Positions 32,691 through 35,963 of a stretch of 35,963 nt of DNA are shown here, piece by piece. Source of the DNA: a virus; the IMG/VR virus record IMGVR_UViG_3300037423_002564, one strand, 5' to 3'. Made by a program: the position numbers and the translations under genes. The notes below the pieces were generated by a model. That model saw nothing but the letters and a program-made list of their open reading frames with translations, searched no databases and was not told the origin of the DNA. The first letter of the stretch is position 1, and each line of letters begins with the position of its first letter.

Positions 32691-33634
32691 TGCAACTCAC
32701 GCTCGCGACCGTCTTTGCCGCCTACGATCGCGTCGCCTTGCGCTGGGACGCGGACGAGACGCTGCCGCCCGGTGTGACATATTCCCTGTGGCGGTCCGAG
32801 AGCGCCGTGACGGGCTTCCAGCAGGTGGCCGAGACCCAGCGCCTGGTCCACATCGACCGCGTCAACCTCTTCTCCAAGAACCGCAACATCCAGTACCAGG
32901 TGCGGGCGTTCGTGAACGGCAAGGAGCTGCGCTCGAACGTGGCCGATCTCTTCGGCCCGGCCGGCGACGATGTGCTCCGGTTCCAGCGTCGTGAACGCTT
33001 CCAACTGGCTAAGTACGACGGTGTCGAGGCGTTCTTGTACGTCAAACGTACCTTCGGTCCCAGATGCCCCCGCTGCGTGGTGCGCAAGGGCGTGGGCGAC
33101 GCGGGCATCGAGTGCCGGCGTTGCTTCGGCACGGGCTTTGACGGTGGCTTCCTGCCGCCCATCCCCATCTACATCGCGCACCAGACGCTGGACCAGTCCA
33201 ACGCCGACCTCCAGAAGGAGTACGTGAAGGAGGGCTCCAGCGCCCAGATGTGGACCAGCAACTGGACCGACCTCGCCGCCGAGGACATCATCATGGAGGC
33301 CGCGCCGCCCAACACGATCTGGATCGTAAGCGGCGCGCAGGCGTCGGCCCGCCGGCGGACGAAGAGCCGCCAGCTCTTCAGCGCCAACGAGGTGACGCGC
33401 GGGCATGTCGTGTCCCACCTGCCCGTGCCGCTCTTCCCCTGGCCCGATCGCAAGGACATGTTCCTCGTCGACCATGCCAAGCCCCCGCGGGACTTCAACA
33501 CCGTCTTCGAGGAGCTGCTGACGACCTATGTTCAAGCTCAAGCTGATGGCCGTGCGGACGAGCCCGGCCCTGGACCCCACCACGCTCAAGCTGAAGGTGG
33601 AAACCGAAACCCGGCGAATCGCGTCTCTAGCTAG
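32690..33634 (+). CDS. putative neck/head-closure protein with zinc finger
   Basis: TGATG coupling; FN3-like N-terminus (LRWD..YSLWRS), GPRCPRC..CRRCFGTGFDGGF. Confidence 0.6.
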   Translation: MQLTLATVFAAYDRVALRWDADETLPPGVTYSLWRSESAVTGFQQVAETQRLVHIDRVNLFSKNRNIQYQVRAFVNGKELRSNVADLFGPAGDDVLRFQRRERFQLAKYDGVEAFLYVKRTFGPRCPRCVVRKGVGDAGIECRRCFGTGFDGGFLPPIPIYIAHQTLDQSNADLQKEYVKEGSSAQMWTSNWTDLAAEDIIMEAAPPNTIWIVSGAQASARRRTKSRQLFSANEVTRGHVVSHLPVPLFPWPDRKDMFLVDHAKPPRDFNTVFEELLTTYVQAQADGRADEPGPGPHHAQAEGGNRNPANRVSS

Positions 33635-34428
33635 ATCTGCGGCTGGGCCAGGGTCGGAGGCGGCCCCAGGTCCGACAGCGCCGCTTGATCCTGGCCGTTC
33701 CCCGTCTGAATATCAAACGCCTCCGACTGGGCCGTCGGAATGATCGTGGGGCTGGCGGGCACGATGCGCGAGCAGACGATCGAGAAGTTCTCGATCACGA
33801 CGTTCTGGTTGGCGTCCATGCTCTTGGTGCCGCCGGCGTACATGCACTTCTCGTAGTACTCCGCGCTCATGGGCACCAGGTCGGCGGTGAGCTGCACCAG
33901 GTAGAGCCCGAACGGGTAGTCCAGCATGTCGGAGTCCGGCGTCACGGCATGGTAGCTGTAGTCCTCGACGCCGCCGGTGTCGGTGGGCGCCTGGAGCTGG
34001 TCGCGCGTCGGGTTGACGTGGAAGGCCGGGTTGCTCATGAGCAGCCAGCGGTAGAGCATGCCCATCAGGTTGCCCGAGCGCGAGAGGATGCGCGTCAGGC
34101 TGATCGAGTGCGCGTTGCGACCGCCCACATGGCGGTAGCTCTTGCTGCCCAGCTCGGGAACGGGCGTCATCTGCCGCTGGGTGCCGGCCTGCGCGCCTTG
34201 CAGCAGGCCGATGGGCGTCATGCGCCGAAAGTCCTTGCGGGCCTCCGCCAGAAGCGGAGGCCCGGAGAAGATGAAGGTGTACTGGGTCTGGGCGATCTCG
34301 CCCGGCAGGTCGTCCCGCCAGATCGCAGTGTTGTAGGGGTCCGGGGCCTGGCCGGCCCCGGAACCGTCGATCGAGCGGGCCGCGTCGTAGCGCAGCCGGG
34401 CGAGGAAGTCCGACGACAGCTCCGCCAT
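33631..34428 (-). CDS. tail tube-like protein, paralogue 2
   Basis: Colinear with 34432..35199: PIG..QG, PE.GS, PFGL, EYYEKC, EN.SIVC.R.VP. Confidence 0.65.
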   Translation of the reverse strand: MAELSSDFLARLRYDAARSIDGSGAGQAPDPYNTAIWRDDLPGEIAQTQYTFIFSGPPLLAEARKDFRRMTPIGLLQGAQAGTQRQMTPVPELGSKSYRHVGGRNAHSISLTRILSRSGNLMGMLYRWLLMSNPAFHVNPTRDQLQAPTDTGGVEDYSYHAVTPDSDMLDYPFGLYLVQLTADLVPMSAEYYEKCMYAGGTKSMDANQNVVIENFSIVCSRIVPASPTIIPTAQSEAFDIQTGNGQDQAALSDLGPPPTLAQPQI

Positions 34429-34431
34429 GGC

Positions 34432-35199
34432 TTACTGCGGCGCGGCGCCGCCCAGCAGCGGGTCGCCGTTGCCCAGGCTGATGTTGAAGGGGCTGGTCGC
34501 CGGGTTGAGCGAGAGCTGGACGTTGTTGCACGGCACCTTGCGCGTGCAGACGATGCTCACGTTCTCCTGGACGATGCCCTGACCCGCCTGGATGGCCTTG
34601 CCCAGGTTCTGGATGTAGCACTTCTCGTAGTACTCGCGGCTCACGAGCACGCCGCCGGCCGTCATGGTGAAGGTCAGCAGGCCGAAGGGCACGCGGATCA
34701 GCTCCGACTCCATCGTCGTGAAGTGGGTGTGGCCCGCCACGCCCGGGTCTTCACCCGGCTTGCGGATGAAGTCGAGCGCGAAGGTGTTGCCACCCATCTT
34801 CGCGATCCAGGCGTACAGCGCGTGGCGCAGGTTGGAGTGCCAGGTGAGCACCTTGCTCATCTGGACCTGGTACTGCGCCATGCCGAAGGCGGTGCGCTTC
34901 AGGCGCGAGCCGACCTCGGGGAACTGCTGGACGTTGTTGACCTCGTTGTCGCTGAAGCCCTGCACCGACCCGATGGGGACCATCAGGTTCTGGAGCTGGG
35001 CCGCGGCCGTGGCGAGCACGGGCGGCACCGAGAAGATGATCGACGCTTCGCCCGACGCGACGTTGTTCGGGTCGTCGTCGAACTGGACCACGTTCTCCTG
35101 GAAGTTGTAGGTGCCAGGATCCGACGTGACCGGGTAGAGCAGGTTGCCGACGGGGTTGGCCCCGTTGGCGCCCCGCAGGAACTCGGCGATAGTTGCCAT
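34432..35199 (-). CDS. tail tube protein
   Basis: Directly downstream of the sheath; PIGSVQGFS..QQFPEVGS..YYEKCYIQ..VQENVSI tube-like pattern; GAGAGGA RBS. Confidence 0.7.
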   Translation of the reverse strand: MATIAEFLRGANGANPVGNLLYPVTSDPGTYNFQENVVQFDDDPNNVASGEASIIFSVPPVLATAAAQLQNLMVPIGSVQGFSDNEVNNVQQFPEVGSRLKRTAFGMAQYQVQMSKVLTWHSNLRHALYAWIAKMGGNTFALDFIRKPGEDPGVAGHTHFTTMESELIRVPFGLLTFTMTAGGVLVSREYYEKCYIQNLGKAIQAGQGIVQENVSIVCTRKVPCNNVQLSLNPATSPFNISLGNGDPLLGGAAPQ

Positions 35200-35225
35200 G
35201 GGTTAATCCTCTCCTTCCGTCGGAA

Positions 35226-35963
35226 CTAGGCCACGACTTCGACGCGCGCCTTGATGTAGTTCAAGGGCACGGGGACATCGATCAGGGTGCGCAGGCGCAC
35301 GGTGTCGACCTCGAACGGGTCCTCCACCACCTCGGCGACCTTGCCGGACAGGATCGGGGAGCCGATCTTGTCGAAGCGCTGGCCGAGCAGGCGGGAGTGG
35401 TACGCCTCGACGTCGTTGTTCAGGGCCACCAGGGTCCCCTTGAACACGTTGTACGGACCCACGAACTTCTTGAGGACCGCCTTCAGGCCGATCGAGTAGT
35501 AGTCCAGCGTCTTGGTGACGCTCAACTCCCGGCGCTGGATCGAGCTGTTGTCGGTGGTGGTCTGCAAGAAGGCGAAGGGCAGGCCGTCGTCGGTCTCCTG
35601 GATCACCAGGAAGCCACCGGAGCCGGCGATCAGCTTCTGCTGGTCGTCGGTGAAGTACTTGTGGCCGTAGCGCACGCTCTTGATGGCCGACACGCCGACG
35701 TTGGTGAAGCCCTGGTGCGGGGGGAAGCCCGCGTTCATGCCGCCGTAGGCCGCCGCCAGGTAGTAGCCGGGAACCGCGATGTCCGCGTTCTGGCCGGTGG
35801 TGGGGTCGGGCAGCGTGATCACGCACTCCGCGTTGGTGATGTAGGTGACGCGGCGGGAGTTGAAGCCCGACGCGCGCGCCGCGATCGCCTCCGCCTGGCC
35901 CTGGCGGTCCAGCACGCGCACGACCTCCATGTCGAAGGCGTCGGGCGGGAAGTCCACGGCGAG
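35226..35963 (-). CDS. tail sheath protein, C-terminal part (runs off the window)
   Basis: VPGYYLAAAYGG..PHQGFTN..QTTTD..RRELSVTKTLDY..VPVPLNYIKARV is a contractile sheath C-terminal signature. Confidence 0.85.
   Translation of the reverse strand, partial: LAVDFPPDAFDMEVVRVLDRQGQAEAIAARASGFNSRRVTYITNAECVITLPDPTTGQNADIAVPGYYLAAAYGGMNAGFPPHQGFTNVGVSAIKSVRYGHKYFTDDQQKLIAGSGGFLVIQETDDGLPFAFLQTTTDNSSIQRRELSVTKTLDYYSIGLKAVLKKFVGPYNVFKGTLVALNNDVEAYHSRLLGQRFDKIGSPILSGKVAEVVEDPFEVDTVRLRTLIDVPVPLNYIKARVEVVA

Noticed and set aside
33631-35963. Extracellular contractile injection system or tailocin instead of a phage
   Set aside because: Terminase, prohead protease and major capsid genes are present in the same window
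1-35963. tRNA genes, introns, inteins or genetic-code reassignment
   Set aside because: No cloverleaf or intein motifs seen; terminase, RNAP and MCP frames are uninterrupted, and TAA, TAG and TGA all act as stops

Overview
The window is an internal 36 kb segment of a high-GC (roughly 70% by eye) large tailed phage, most likely a myovirus. It has no host housekeeping genes, integrase, tRNA or CRISPR array that I can see. From left to right: (1) HNH nuclease, a stand-alone C-terminal half of a bacterial-type RNA polymerase beta' subunit, a minimal kinase and a tail-terminator-like gene. (2) A minus-strand block of tail fibre/virion genes ending in an unusual lysis-like cassette (holin, transglutaminase-like protein, membrane protein ending in beta strands). 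(3) Degenerate primase-like and RNase H-like genes, an amidase, a tiny zinc ribbon missed by the ORF track, a secreted thermonuclease and the terminase large subunit. (4) A head module: many K-x-A-rich proteins, prohead protease, scaffold-like proteins, decoration protein, major capsid protein and neck proteins. (5) Two tail tube paralogues and the tail sheath C-terminus. The strongest unexplained signals are a 17-bp intergenic motif GGT-N3-ACC-N5-ACC found 11 times and always oriented with transcription, a set of CC(C/A)TATAAT promoter-like boxes without -35 elements, and heavy K-x-A enrichment in head-module proteins. All functional calls come from motif recognition by eye; no database search was run. 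Several starts were moved from the ORF track to RBS-supported or coupled codons.
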